Below are positions 36,169-45,402 of a DNA stretch of 64,000 nt, piece after piece. Origin of the DNA: Brevinematales bacterium. GTDB lineage: Bacteria > Spirochaetota > Brevinematia > Brevinematales > Thermospiraceae. The DNA lies in the NCBI GenBank assembly GCA_026417555.1, contig JAOADA010000001.1, positions 273,245 to 337,244 on the forward strand, given 5' to 3'. Made by a program: the position numbers and the translations under genes. The stretch's first letter is position 1, and each line of letters starts with the position of its first letter. The notes under the pieces were generated by a model. The model was given only the letters and a program-made list of their open reading frames with translations, was not told the origin of the DNA and searched no databases.

Positions 36169-37464
36169 TCAGTTGCTGTGAAGCATGGAACGAAGCGAGG
36201 CAAGAGCGATACAGAGAGAAACCACTTCCATAGCTTTTTCAATTTCGGCAAGAGACGGATAGGAAAAAGCGAGGCGAATAGAGGTATCCTTTGGGTCTTT
36301 TTTGTACGGAAAAGGTGAGCCTGCTGGGGTGAGTTTCACACCGGCGTCATGAGCCAGAGAAACAACCTTTTGCGCACAACCAGGGAGGGTGTCAATGCTG
36401 ACAAAGTATCCTCCTTTGGGGTTTGTCCATCCTACAATACCGAGGTTTGCAAACTGCTCTGTAAGAATCCGGATAACAGCATCTTTTTTAGGTCGTAAAA
36501 TGTCAGCATGTTTTTTCATATGGTTTTCAAGAGAGTGCCTCTCTCTGAAAAAGAGGGCATGACGCATTTGATTCAATTTGTCATAACCGATAGTTTGGAT
36601 ACCATAATGCTTTTTCAGGGCATCGAGGTTTTTTCTGCCGGTGGCAATACAGGCAATTCCTCCGCCAGCAAAGGTGATCTTTGACGTTGAGGAGAAGATA
36701 TAGAATCTTTCCTCACAATGATGGCGGCTTGCTTCTTCAAAAACATTCAAGAGGCGATCTCCGGGAAAATCGATATCATGAATGGCATACGCATTGTCCC
36801 AGAATACTCGAAAATCAGAAGCGGCGGGTTTGAGTTTTGTGAATGCCTTGACGACTTCTTCACTATAGGTAATACCTGTGGGATTGGAATATTTAGGTAC
36901 ACAAAAAATCCCTTTGATGGAAGGATTGGATTCCACCAAAGAAGCCACCGTTTCCATGTCTGGTCCTTCTTCTCCTAAACGGATAGGAATCATCTCTATG
37001 CCAAGGTGCTCTAGTATGGCAAAGTGCCTATCATAGCCTGGGACAGGGCAGAGAAAAGAAATTTTTCCTTCATCTTTCCAGGGTTTATCCCCACCTGGTA
37101 CTCCGTACAACATAGCCTGAACCAGAACATCATACATGAGATTAAGGCTTGAGTTTCCCCCTACAAAAATGTTTTCAGGGGGAATATCAAGTATCCAGGA
37201 AAAGAGGCGTTTGGCTTCTGGAATACCATCAAGAATCCCATAATTTCGGCAGTCGGTGTGGTTCTCACTTTTGTAATGTTTTTCGTTTACCAAAGAAAGC
37301 ATGGGGAGGGAGAGATCAAGCTGTTCGGGACTTGGTTTCCCTCGTGTCATGTCAAGGTGAAGTTTTTCTTCTTGAAAGCTTTTGTAGGTGTGTTCTAGCT
37401 TGGTGAGAAGGGCGTGTTTCTCTTGGTGAGAAAGGTCATAAAGATGTGGTGGCAGAAATGCCAT
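36169..37464 (-). CDS. PLP-dependent aminotransferase (class I/II fold)
   Basis: 431-aa ORF. MTRGKPSPEQLDL..., FVGGNSSLNLMYD, SSTSKITFAGGG (Lys-bearing motif). Confidence 0.8.
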   Translation of the reverse strand: MAFLPPHLYDLSHQEKHALLTKLEHTYKSFQEEKLHLDMTRGKPSPEQLDLSLPMLSLVNEKHYKSENHTDCRNYGILDGIPEAKRLFSWILDIPPENIFVGGNSSLNLMYDVLVQAMLYGVPGGDKPWKDEGKISFLCPVPGYDRHFAILEHLGIEMIPIRLGEEGPDMETVASLVESNPSIKGIFCVPKYSNPTGITYSEEVVKAFTKLKPAASDFRVFWDNAYAIHDIDFPGDRLLNVFEEASRHHCEERFYIFSSTSKITFAGGGIACIATGRKNLDALKKHYGIQTIGYDKLNQMRHALFFRERHSLENHMKKHADILRPKKDAVIRILTEQFANLGIVGWTNPKGGYFVSIDTLPGCAQKVVSLAHDAGVKLTPAGSPFPYKKDPKDTSIRLAFSYPSLAEIEKAMEVVSLCIALASLRSMLHSN

Positions 37465-37500
37465 ACTTTGCGCTCCGATTCTTCATTTTTTGCGTTTTTT

Positions 37501-37529
37501 ATTGTAGGGAGAAGGGGATTTTTTTGCAA
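37501..37529 (-). promoter_or_regulatory. Sigma-70 promoter (TTGCAA-17-TACAAT) for the aminotransferase-ogt unit
   Basis: On the minus strand, -35 at 37529-37524 and -10 at 37506-37501, about 37 nt before the ATG at 37464. Confidence 0.55.
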
Positions 37530-37690
37530 AAAAAGAGGGCTTGTGGTTTTTCGGAGTTAAAAAGGGGAAGAGGCAAAGAGTGCGAGATCCTCTTGTGGGA
37601 GAAAAACAAAAATTTTCTTTTTTTCTTTACTTTTTCCAGATTTGTCGTATAATATACGTGGGAGAAAAGGAAGAATACAAGGAGGGGTTT

Positions 37691-38290
37691 ATGAGGATTG
37701 AGGATATTCTCCATAGTACCGTGGCTCTTGACAGGATTCAAAAGCAGAAACAAACAGAAGCCAAGGGGATGTCTCTTCGTCTTCTTAGAGAGTCCCAAGA
37801 TGAGGTGGGACTCCTTCGCCAAACGGATGAGAAACTTCTTGCTCTTCGGGATAGAGAACAGACTTTTATGCGTCATGAAGTTATTGTCTATGGATTAGAG
37901 CTTCTCAGGAAACGGGTGGGTGAGTTTGCTCGTACTCCAGTGGAACAGCGAGATTATGAACTTTTCTCTCAAGAACTTCAGCAGATAGTGAATGGAACAC
38001 GTTTTCAGGGAGAGACCCCGCTTGCTTCTATGAGTGTAAAGATAGCCGATGAAAAGTCTTTGTACACCCTTTCTCAGCAGATTGATCAGGAGATAGCTAT
38101 TCATCAGAATAGGATGAGACAAGAAAGAAAGCAGATAGCGGCTTTTTTAGTAACAGAAGAAAACCAGGAGGCACTTGCCGGCAAGTCCTCTGAGACACTT
38201 CTTGCTGAGTTACGGGATGCCATGCAAAAAGAGACCGAGTATCCCTTGAAAAAATCGTATTCATTTGCTCAGATTGTCAAAATACTTTGA
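37691..38290 (+). CDS. Hypothetical helical protein with a flagellin-N(ND1)-like segment
   Basis: GGAGGGG RBS then ATG at 37691. The segment LELLRKRVGEFARTPVEQRDYELFSQELQQIVNGTRFQGETPLAS resembles the flagellin/hook-associated N-terminal helix plus the xxFNGxxLL motif. Weak similarity, by eye only. Confidence 0.5.
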   Translation: MRIEDILHSTVALDRIQKQKQTEAKGMSLRLLRESQDEVGLLRQTDEKLLALRDREQTFMRHEVIVYGLELLRKRVGEFARTPVEQRDYELFSQELQQIVNGTRFQGETPLASMSVKIADEKSLYTLSQQIDQEIAIHQNRMRQERKQIAAFLVTEENQEALAGKSSETLLAELRDAMQKETEYPLKKSYSFAQIVKIL

Positions 38291-38306
38291 GAGCCATGAG
38301 AGGAAT

Positions 38307-39290
38307 ATGGAATGGTATCGTGCCTTTGATCCTAAGGATTCTCATGTTCTTGTAGTTGCAGAGATAGGTATCAATCATCTTGGAAAAGAAGACTATGCAG
38401 TGACATTGATTGATGAGGCAGTGAGGTGTGGAGCAGGGGCAGTAAAGTTTCAAATCTATAGGACAGAGGAGTTTTATCACCCTGATTCTCCTGTGAGGGA
38501 AATTTTTGCTCGGTATGAGTTGTCGTATGATGCCTTTCAGCGGCTCAAAAGATACTGTGAAACGAAGGGGATTCTTTTTTTTGCTACGCCGCTTGATTTT
38601 TCTTCTTTGTATTGGATGATGGACCAAAGTATTCCTCTTATCAAGGTTGCTAGTGCGGATATCACCTTCGAGCCATTTTTGCGGGAGATAGGGCAGTATG
38701 TACGAAGGGAAAGGGCATATGCAATTCTTTCGACGGGTTTTGTGGGTGAGAGAGAGATTCAAAAGGCTGTGAGGTTTTTCCCTCGGGAGAGAGTAGGGCT
38801 TTTGTACTGTGTATCGCGGTATCCTTCCCAGGCAGAAGATATGGATCTTTCTTTTATCCGTACCCTTTCGGCACGTTTTCGTACCACAGTGGGGTTTTCT
38901 GATCATTCTCTGGAGACAGTGTTTAGTGTGGCGGCGGTAGCCCTTGGAGCAAGGATTGTGGAGAGACATTTTACTGATAATCCCTCTCTTCAGGAGGCAG
39001 ATCATCCTCTTTCACTTGATCCTGAGAGATTTGGGACCTTGGTGGAACAGATACGAAAACTTGAGGTGGCTTTGGGGTGTGGGAGAAAGAAAATTACCGA
39101 GTTTGAACACAAGATTCGACCTCTTTCGATGCGGGATCTCTATGTCAAAAGAGATATTGGACGAGGAGAGATGATTTCCTCGCAAGATGTGTTATGTGCA
39201 AGGCCGGGGGAAGGTATTTCTGTGGAGCGATATGATAAATACGTAGGAAAAAGGGCAAAAAAAGATTACAAGGCATATGAGAAACTATGA
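38307..39290 (+). CDS. NeuB-family nonulosonic-acid (sialic/pseudaminic/legionaminic) synthase-like protein with C-terminal SAF domain
   Basis: VVAEIGINHLGK, KFQIY, KVASADI and FSDHS motifs, with a C-terminal SAF-like segment. ATG at 38307 is preferred over the TTG at 38265. Confidence 0.85.
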   Translation: MEWYRAFDPKDSHVLVVAEIGINHLGKEDYAVTLIDEAVRCGAGAVKFQIYRTEEFYHPDSPVREIFARYELSYDAFQRLKRYCETKGILFFATPLDFSSLYWMMDQSIPLIKVASADITFEPFLREIGQYVRRERAYAILSTGFVGEREIQKAVRFFPRERVGLLYCVSRYPSQAEDMDLSFIRTLSARFRTTVGFSDHSLETVFSVAAVALGARIVERHFTDNPSLQEADHPLSLDPERFGTLVEQIRKLEVALGCGRKKITEFEHKIRPLSMRDLYVKRDIGRGEMISSQDVLCARPGEGISVERYDKYVGKRAKKDYKAYEKL

Positions 39291-40192
39291 ATCACAAAAG
39301 ACGGTTTCCTCTTACCGTCAAGGATGAGCTTCTCGATTTTACCCTGACACGGAATGTGTGGTTTACCTTGAATAATGAAACTAAACCGTGGTATCGTTTT
39401 GCTCGAAGCTTTGATAAGTATTCTCTTCGTCTGGGGATAGATTTGTGGGAGAATCCCTTTTATGATTATGAAGGGGTACCAGAGCATTTGCCAGATCTTC
39501 TCACCTATCATGAGGGGATAGTCAAGATAGCGAGACAGCGTGATCTTGTGTACTATATTGGTGCGTGTGATGTGCCGTTTCGTTTAGTGGAGCAGGAGCA
39601 TGCTCTTCGGGTGAATGAGGGGGAGATTCTTTTAGCACTCGATAGACCCCTTGAAGAACCCCTTCTCGTTTCTCGCCCAAGAAGGGAGTGTGATCTTGTT
39701 GCTGATGAGGCGCTTGGTTTTCTCAAGAGGTTTTTTCGTCGTTGTTTCCAAGGGGTTCATCTTCTCTATGTGTTACAGTTTTTGCCCGCAGAAAAATATA
39801 CCTTTTTTATTCAATCCTCTCTTGGGGCTGTGGGACTTACTACAGATATGTTTAAGAATAAGCTTCTTCATTACCAATGTAAAGAACACTGGCATATTGA
39901 GACAGTGATTCATGAGGCGCTTGTGAATGCTATCACCTATGGGAGTCAGATGGATTACAGCAAGAAAATCTCTATAGCCTATGAAATTGGTCCCCAAGCA
40001 CTTCGCGTCTTTATTCAGGATCCTGGAGAAGGGTTTGATGTCCGAAGGCACATGCCTCTTTCTCTTCTGGATAGGGAGACGATTACGGGGCGTGGGATAC
40101 GTTTGATGAAGCATTTGACGTCGTCTTTGACGTACAATGCGAGTGGAAATGCTCTTTCGCTTTTATTTAATTTCAAGGAACCTTATGAGTGA
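39287..40192 (+). CDS. RsbW/SpoIIAB-like serine kinase (HATPase_c) with unknown ~180-aa N-terminal domain
   Basis: ATGA overlap with the NeuB-like stop. C-terminal N-box HEALVNAITYG, G1 IQDPGEGFD, G2 TGRGIRLMKHL. Confidence 0.7.
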   Translation: MNHKRRFPLTVKDELLDFTLTRNVWFTLNNETKPWYRFARSFDKYSLRLGIDLWENPFYDYEGVPEHLPDLLTYHEGIVKIARQRDLVYYIGACDVPFRLVEQEHALRVNEGEILLALDRPLEEPLLVSRPRRECDLVADEALGFLKRFFRRCFQGVHLLYVLQFLPAEKYTFFIQSSLGAVGLTTDMFKNKLLHYQCKEHWHIETVIHEALVNAITYGSQMDYSKKISIAYEIGPQALRVFIQDPGEGFDVRRHMPLSLLDRETITGRGIRLMKHLTSSLTYNASGNALSLLFNFKEPYE

Positions 40193-40715
40193 AACAAAGG
40201 AGAGGGATATGTTACAACCTGTTCCTTTTTCTGAACTTTGTTGGAATGTGTTTGAATGGATAGGAGAGCGCTGGATGCTTGTCGTGGGTGGGACACGTGA
40301 ATCGTACAATATGATGACAGCAAGTTGGGGGGGTGTTGGGGTGGTGTGGAATGAGCCTATGGTTTTTGTCTTTGTGAGACCAAGTCGCTATACCCATGAA
40401 TTTTTGATGAAGTATCCTTCTTTTAGTCTTGTCTTTTTACCAGAAGCCTTTCGAGAGATACTTGAGGTATGTGGTTCTCGATCAGGCAGAGAAATAGAAA
40501 AGATGAAACTTGGTGGTATTACTCCTCTTTCTTTGGAGGGTGGTGCCGTAGGATTTGAAGAGGCCGAGCTTATCCTTACGTGTACCACAGTGTGTCGTCA
40601 GCCTATCGAGCCTTTGTCTCTTTTGCGAGAGGATATTCGTCGAGCTTTTTATGCGGGAGGGGATTATCATGATCTCTTTATTGCTCGGATTGAAGAGATA
40701 TGGAGGCCTGCATGA
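40185..40715 (+). CDS. Flavin-reductase-like (split-barrel) domain protein
   Basis: ATGAGTGA overlap with the upstream gene. YNMMTASWGGVGVVWNEPMVFVFVRPSRYT is typical of flavin reductase-like domain proteins. Confidence 0.7.
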   Translation: MSETKERDMLQPVPFSELCWNVFEWIGERWMLVVGGTRESYNMMTASWGGVGVVWNEPMVFVFVRPSRYTHEFLMKYPSFSLVFLPEAFREILEVCGSRSGREIEKMKLGGITPLSLEGGAVGFEEAELILTCTTVCRQPIEPLSLLREDIRRAFYAGGDYHDLFIARIEEIWRPA

Positions 40716-41380
40716 AGCAGCACACCTATACCTTGATTGCTCTTGGGATTTTCTTCGGTCCTTTTTTGCTGTCTTTTCATCCGCTCGTATTTTTTATTCA
40801 GTACCTTCCTGCTGTTGTGATCAGTGTTCTGGTGGTGGGAGGATTGTATATTGTTTGGGATAGTTTGGCGGTACGGTGGGGACATTGGCGTTTTAATCCT
40901 ACCTATGTGGGAGAGGTGAGATGGCTTGGTCTTCCGCCGGGAGAGTGGCTTTTTTTTCTGGTGGTTCCCTATGCCTGTTTGTTTGTGTATGAGGTGAGTA
41001 GGGTTCTCTTTGTGGTAACCTCTGTCCATCCTTCTTTTTGGTGGATTCAAGGTATTTTGGCCCTTGGCTTTGGTGTACTGGCATGGGTATGGCGGCGGCA
41101 AGGATATACCTCTCTTGCGCTGGGAAGTGTGGGGCTTTTTTGGTTTCTTTCAGTGTTTCTTGCGCCTGGTATTGTTTCTTCCTCAACATTCTGGTTTTTT
41201 ATAGGGTTTTCTATGTTTGCCTTTGTGATTGTTGATGGGTTGTATGTGAATCTTCCTACTATTTTCTATAACGAAAAGGCCATCTGGGGAATCAAGATCT
41301 TTAATATTCCCTTGGAAGATTTTTTGTATAATTTTTCTCTCTTGGGATTGGTGTTGCTTGTTTATCTTCAGTTTCGATAA
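40712..41380 (+). CDS. Lycopene-cyclase-domain (CrtYc/Yd-type, two repeats) membrane protein
   Basis: ATGA overlap with the upstream gene and GGAGG RBS. Two repeats each carry the conserved acidic motif (LPPGEWLFF and IPLEDFLYN) within polytopic TM segments. Confidence 0.65.
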   Translation: MKQHTYTLIALGIFFGPFLLSFHPLVFFIQYLPAVVISVLVVGGLYIVWDSLAVRWGHWRFNPTYVGEVRWLGLPPGEWLFFLVVPYACLFVYEVSRVLFVVTSVHPSFWWIQGILALGFGVLAWVWRRQGYTSLALGSVGLFWFLSVFLAPGIVSSSTFWFFIGFSMFAFVIVDGLYVNLPTIFYNEKAIWGIKIFNIPLEDFLYNFSLLGLVLLVYLQFR

Positions 41381-41391
41381 GAGGAGAGAGC

Positions 41392-42294
41392 GTGGTGGTG
41401 CTTGCAGGACTACTGGTTTTTGGGTTCGTGTTTGTGATGATCAATGAAACCCTCTGGTGGGTGCGCTGGTTGGCGCGAGGAAAGGGGAAAGTGTTTCTTT
41501 CGCCGCTGGAGTTTTTTCATCCCCATAGATCTCACAAGGCAGTGCTTCTTCTTCATGAGTTTTCTGGGCTGGTGTGTTCGCTTGAAGAGTTGGGGCGGAA
41601 ATTATATGATGAGGGTTGGGACGTCTTCATTCCTGCTATGCCAGAAACGGTGGCAGAGAAGAGTGAATTGGAAAAAATTCAGGCAGGACCTCTCTATTTT
41701 CTCTGGTATGAAGAGGCAGAAAAGTATATACAGAAACTCTTGAAGGAATATGAGGAAGTGGTGGTTGGGGGAGCAAGCATTGGAGGAAGTCTTGCCCTTC
41801 ACCTTGCTTCGCAGTATAAGGTAAAGGCAGTATTTGCTGTGGCAGCACCCTATGGACTCTTTGGATGGCATTATTCTCGACCTTTGTCGAGAAATCTTAT
41901 GCTTCTTTTTTCTGGATGGGTAGGGCTTGTTTGTCCCTGGTGGGAGGAGAGAAGAAGATCCTTTCCTTCGCTTGAGAAAAGGTATGGTGTGGAAGGGGTT
42001 ATTTGGGCTCGAGCAGTGCATTCTCACAAAATAGGGCTTCGGCAGATGAGAAGAAGACTACGTTTTGTTCATGCTCCTTGTCTTTTGATCCAGGCGAACA
42101 ATGACCGTACCGTGAATCCTGGAAGTATTGTGCGTTTGATGAAAAATTTGAAAAATGCTTCTCGTGAGGCTGTGATCCTTGATATGTCATGGGATAGAGA
42201 AAGCCGAAGACATGTGTTACTCAATCATGAGAAAGTAAAAAATGAGGTAATGGAAAGAATAAAGGAGTTTCTACGGAGGGCAGGGAATGTTTGA
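41392..42294 (+). CDS. Alpha/beta hydrolase (esterase/lipase-type)
   Basis: GTG start after GAGGAGAG. Nucleophile elbow GGASIGGS, with downstream Asp/His candidates (NDRTV, RHVLLNHE). Confidence 0.7.
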   Translation: MVVLAGLLVFGFVFVMINETLWWVRWLARGKGKVFLSPLEFFHPHRSHKAVLLLHEFSGLVCSLEELGRKLYDEGWDVFIPAMPETVAEKSELEKIQAGPLYFLWYEEAEKYIQKLLKEYEEVVVGGASIGGSLALHLASQYKVKAVFAVAAPYGLFGWHYSRPLSRNLMLLFSGWVGLVCPWWEERRRSFPSLEKRYGVEGVIWARAVHSHKIGLRQMRRRLRFVHAPCLLIQANNDRTVNPGSIVRLMKNLKNASREAVILDMSWDRESRRHVLLNHEKVKNEVMERIKEFLRRAGNV

Positions 42295-44413
42295 GACAGC
42301 AAGTTTTTTTCTGGTGGCTTTTGTGCTTGTAGTATTGGCCCTGGATATGCTTGTGATGAATCTCAATCGTGTGACGTTGAGTGCTGCTTTATGGAGTGGG
42401 TTACTTGCTTTGTATGCCCTTCTTTGGGGACTCAAACTCTATGTGGCACAAACCAATAATATGGTACTCTTGGGGTGGATCCAGCGACTTCAGGATGTTC
42501 TTTGGGTTCATCAGGGATGGATCGTGTGGCTTTTTATTCTTTGGCTTACAAGAGAGGAAAAGCCTTTTCCTCGGCGGGTGATTGTGCTGTTTCTCCTCAG
42601 CATGGGGTTTTCGGTGTTGGGTTTTGTTGGATGGTTATATGATTCTCTCTATCTCTATTCTATCCCGGGAACCTCTCGGGATGTTGTGGGAATCATGGTG
42701 GTCCCTTCTACGGGAAGGATATTAGCTATTGTGTATACCGTAATTCTTTTGATTTTGGCAGCAGGAGAGGCCATCGCAAGGTATATGGTCGTATCCTATG
42801 CGTTTCAACAGCGGCGTATTCGCTATCTTTTGGCAGGGAGTGTGGTAGCCGGTATTTTGTTTCTGTTTGGAGAAGAGCGATTTGCTTTTTTGCCGGTAAA
42901 GGCTCTTGCCCTTTTGGTGATGGGGAGTGTTGTTTTCTACGTAGCAAACACCTTTCGGACATTGAAGATTCGAGAAAAGGTGATACGTTTTGTTTCTTTG
43001 GCCCTCTTTGGATTCTTTTTGATGGGTCTTCCTGCGATGCTGTTTTATATCTTTCGTCGTTGGTTTATGGGGCTCTCCGCTGAGGTTTTTTTGTTTGTGT
43101 TTTCTGGAAGTATGGCATTGTATTTTGTGTTTGCCGTGCTTCTTCTGACATTTCTGAGAAAGCTTTTTCATCATCAAACACTTGATGAGGAGAGGTTTCC
43201 TTTTTTGGTGAGACGACTAGGACAGAACAAGAGTCGAGATGAGTTTTATGAAGCGACAGCTCTTTTTCTCAAGGAAATGGTGGAAAGGGATGTTGACATT
43301 GTTGAAAGGCAAAGAGAAGATTTTTTTGTAGTCTTTTCCACCAGAGAGAAAAAGGGCAAGATTAGTATTCCTCCTTCTTTGAGGCGGCATTTTGAGAGTG
43401 GGGAGGGGTACTTTGACAGGGAGTTTGTTCTTCATCAGAGGCCTTTTCGAAAAGATGTTGAGGTCTTTTTTGGGTATTTTGATGCTACGGAGAGTGAAGC
43501 TGTTCTTGCGGTTCTTCGAGAAGAGAATCTTGAACTTTTGATTCAGTTTGCTTCTTTGCCGGATGAGGAGGGATTTTCGCTTCGGGAGATCAGAGAACTC
43601 AAAGCCATGCTTCGTTTGATTGAGGTTCTGTATCAAAATGTGATCTTTTTTGAAAAAGCAGAGGAAACAGAACAGACAGAGAGAGAATTGGCGCTGGCCT
43701 CAGAGATTCAGGAAAACCTTTTTCAGAGAGAGCTTCCCAAGGTGCGGGGATTGGATATAGCATTTTATCAAGAACCGGCAAAGTGGTTGAGTGGGGATTA
43801 TCTTTGGCTTGATGCGGTTTCCTCTCATGAACTTGCTTTTGTGGTAGCGGATGTTTCTGGAAAGGGTATTTCAGCGGCCTTGATCACCATGATGATCCAC
43901 AGTACCGTCCACGGATATCAATTTGGTTCTTCAACAGTGAATGCTCTTCTTCATCGGTTGAATGGAATGCTTTCTCGGAAAAAACCAGAAAGTGAGTGGA
44001 AAACATTGAGCTTTGCAACACTTTTTGCTGGATTTATTGATACTGATATCCAGACACTTTTTTTTAGTAATGCGGGACATTATCCTCTTCTTGTGTGGGA
44101 TAGAGAAAAACGCGAGTTTTTCGAACTCTCTACGCCAGGAAAGCCAGTGGGATTATTTGCTGAGGCAACCTATGAAACAGATACCTATCGGTATGAGAGT
44201 GACCAGATCTTGGTGGTGTATTCTGACGGTATGACAGAATGTATCAATGCTGCCGAAGAAGAATTTGGTATTCAACGGTTAAAGGCACTCATCCAGAAAT
44301 ATGATTATCTGCCTGCCAAAGAAATACAAGACAAAATTCTTCAAGAGATTCGAGAGTTTACTGTTGGGACGGAGATTTATGATGATATGACACTTGTGGT
44401 GATAAAAACATGA
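42287..44413 (+). CDS. Polytopic membrane PP2C/SpoIIE-family serine phosphatase
   Basis: 8-nt overlap with the hydrolase gene. About 9-10 TM helices in the first ~300 aa. The C-terminal SpoIIE domain has GDYLWLDA...FVVADVSGKGISAAL, YSDGMTEC and YDDMTLVVI. Confidence 0.85.
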   Translation: MFETASFFLVAFVLVVLALDMLVMNLNRVTLSAALWSGLLALYALLWGLKLYVAQTNNMVLLGWIQRLQDVLWVHQGWIVWLFILWLTREEKPFPRRVIVLFLLSMGFSVLGFVGWLYDSLYLYSIPGTSRDVVGIMVVPSTGRILAIVYTVILLILAAGEAIARYMVVSYAFQQRRIRYLLAGSVVAGILFLFGEERFAFLPVKALALLVMGSVVFYVANTFRTLKIREKVIRFVSLALFGFFLMGLPAMLFYIFRRWFMGLSAEVFLFVFSGSMALYFVFAVLLLTFLRKLFHHQTLDEERFPFLVRRLGQNKSRDEFYEATALFLKEMVERDVDIVERQREDFFVVFSTREKKGKISIPPSLRRHFESGEGYFDREFVLHQRPFRKDVEVFFGYFDATESEAVLAVLREENLELLIQFASLPDEEGFSLREIRELKAMLRLIEVLYQNVIFFEKAEETEQTERELALASEIQENLFQRELPKVRGLDIAFYQEPAKWLSGDYLWLDAVSSHELAFVVADVSGKGISAALITMMIHSTVHGYQFGSSTVNALLHRLNGMLSRKKPESEWKTLSFATLFAGFIDTDIQTLFFSNAGHYPLLVWDREKREFFELSTPGKPVGLFAEATYETDTYRYESDQILVVYSDGMTECINAAEEEFGIQRLKALIQKYDYLPAKEIQDKILQEIREFTVGTEIYDDMTLVVIKT

Positions 44414-44448
44414 TTTCTTTGAGTGAAGGCAAGAAAAAGAGGAAAAGG

Positions 44449-45228
44449 TTATCTTTTTCTTGAAAAAGGAGAGGTGAGGGTCTTCCAGACACGATCAAGG
44501 TGTTCTGAGAGTCTATCGTAGGAGATGTTTTTCCACTCACAGATTTGGGAGGCTACAAGGGTGAGATGAGAGAGTCGAGAGAGTTGAGAAAGTCCTGTTT
44601 CTGGGGTATAGAGAGGGATATCCGGGGCATCGGTTTCAATGAGGATAGCTTCTAGGGGTATATCGGCAATCAGTTTGTGGTAACGGTTGGAGTTCCAGGG
44701 ACGGAGGATGTGGCTAGCAAAAGACACAAATCCTCCCGAGGTATAGATTTGCTTGGCAATATCCTTGTTCTGAGAGTAAGCATGAATGATAAACCCCGGG
44801 ATTTTATTTTGCGCTGGCTTGAGAAGAGGCCAGAGTCTGTGCCACGCCTTTCGGCAGTGGATATTCAGGGGAAGACCGAGTTCTTGAGCGATAGCGATCT
44901 GTTGGGAAAAAACGTTTTCTTGAAGTTCAGGAAAAGGTTTTTCAAAATCAAGACCACACTCTCCAACAAAACTTGGTGTGTTTTTCAGAATCTCAAAAAG
45001 TCGGGTATCCCAGTCTGGGGGAAGGTTATCGAGATACCAAGGATGGACACCAAAAGCAGGAAAAAAGCAAGGGGTGTGTTTGGTGAGAGAAAGAACCTCG
45101 TCCCAATTTTCTGGTCCAGTAGAGCACACAACCCATTTTTGGATATGGGCTTGCCTTGCTTCCTCGAGTTGTTGATAAAGATCGGTGATCCGTGTGTCAT
45201 AAAGATGGCAATGAGCGTCCCAAAGCAT
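44449..45228 (-). CDS. tatD: TatD-family metal-dependent hydrolase/DNase
   Basis: 259-aa ORF. MLWDAHCHL, VGECGLD, IHCR and IETDAPD motifs. Confidence 0.9.
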   Translation of the reverse strand: MLWDAHCHLYDTRITDLYQQLEEARQAHIQKWVVCSTGPENWDEVLSLTKHTPCFFPAFGVHPWYLDNLPPDWDTRLFEILKNTPSFVGECGLDFEKPFPELQENVFSQQIAIAQELGLPLNIHCRKAWHRLWPLLKPAQNKIPGFIIHAYSQNKDIAKQIYTSGGFVSFASHILRPWNSNRYHKLIADIPLEAILIETDAPDIPLYTPETGLSQLSRLSHLTLVASQICEWKNISYDRLSEHLDRVWKTLTSPFSRKR

Positions 45229-45402
45229 AAAAAAAGTGTAAAGCCAGCAAAAGAGTTTTGCAAAAAATAGAGCCGTTTTTTCTCCTTTTGCTCTAAGAGG
45301 GAGGGAAAGAGAGATAGGTGGTGTGGAAATCTTCTATGGATTGTTGTTTTTTTTCTTTTTTGTCGTATAATAAAGTGTGAAAAATAGATAGATGGAGGGA
45401 GT

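Noticed and set aside
38265-38306. TTG start extending the NeuB-like gene by 14 codons
   Set aside because: It would overlap the upstream gene, has no RBS, and adds non-conserved residues. The ATG at 38307 gives a typical NeuB N-terminus, although its SD spacing is short.
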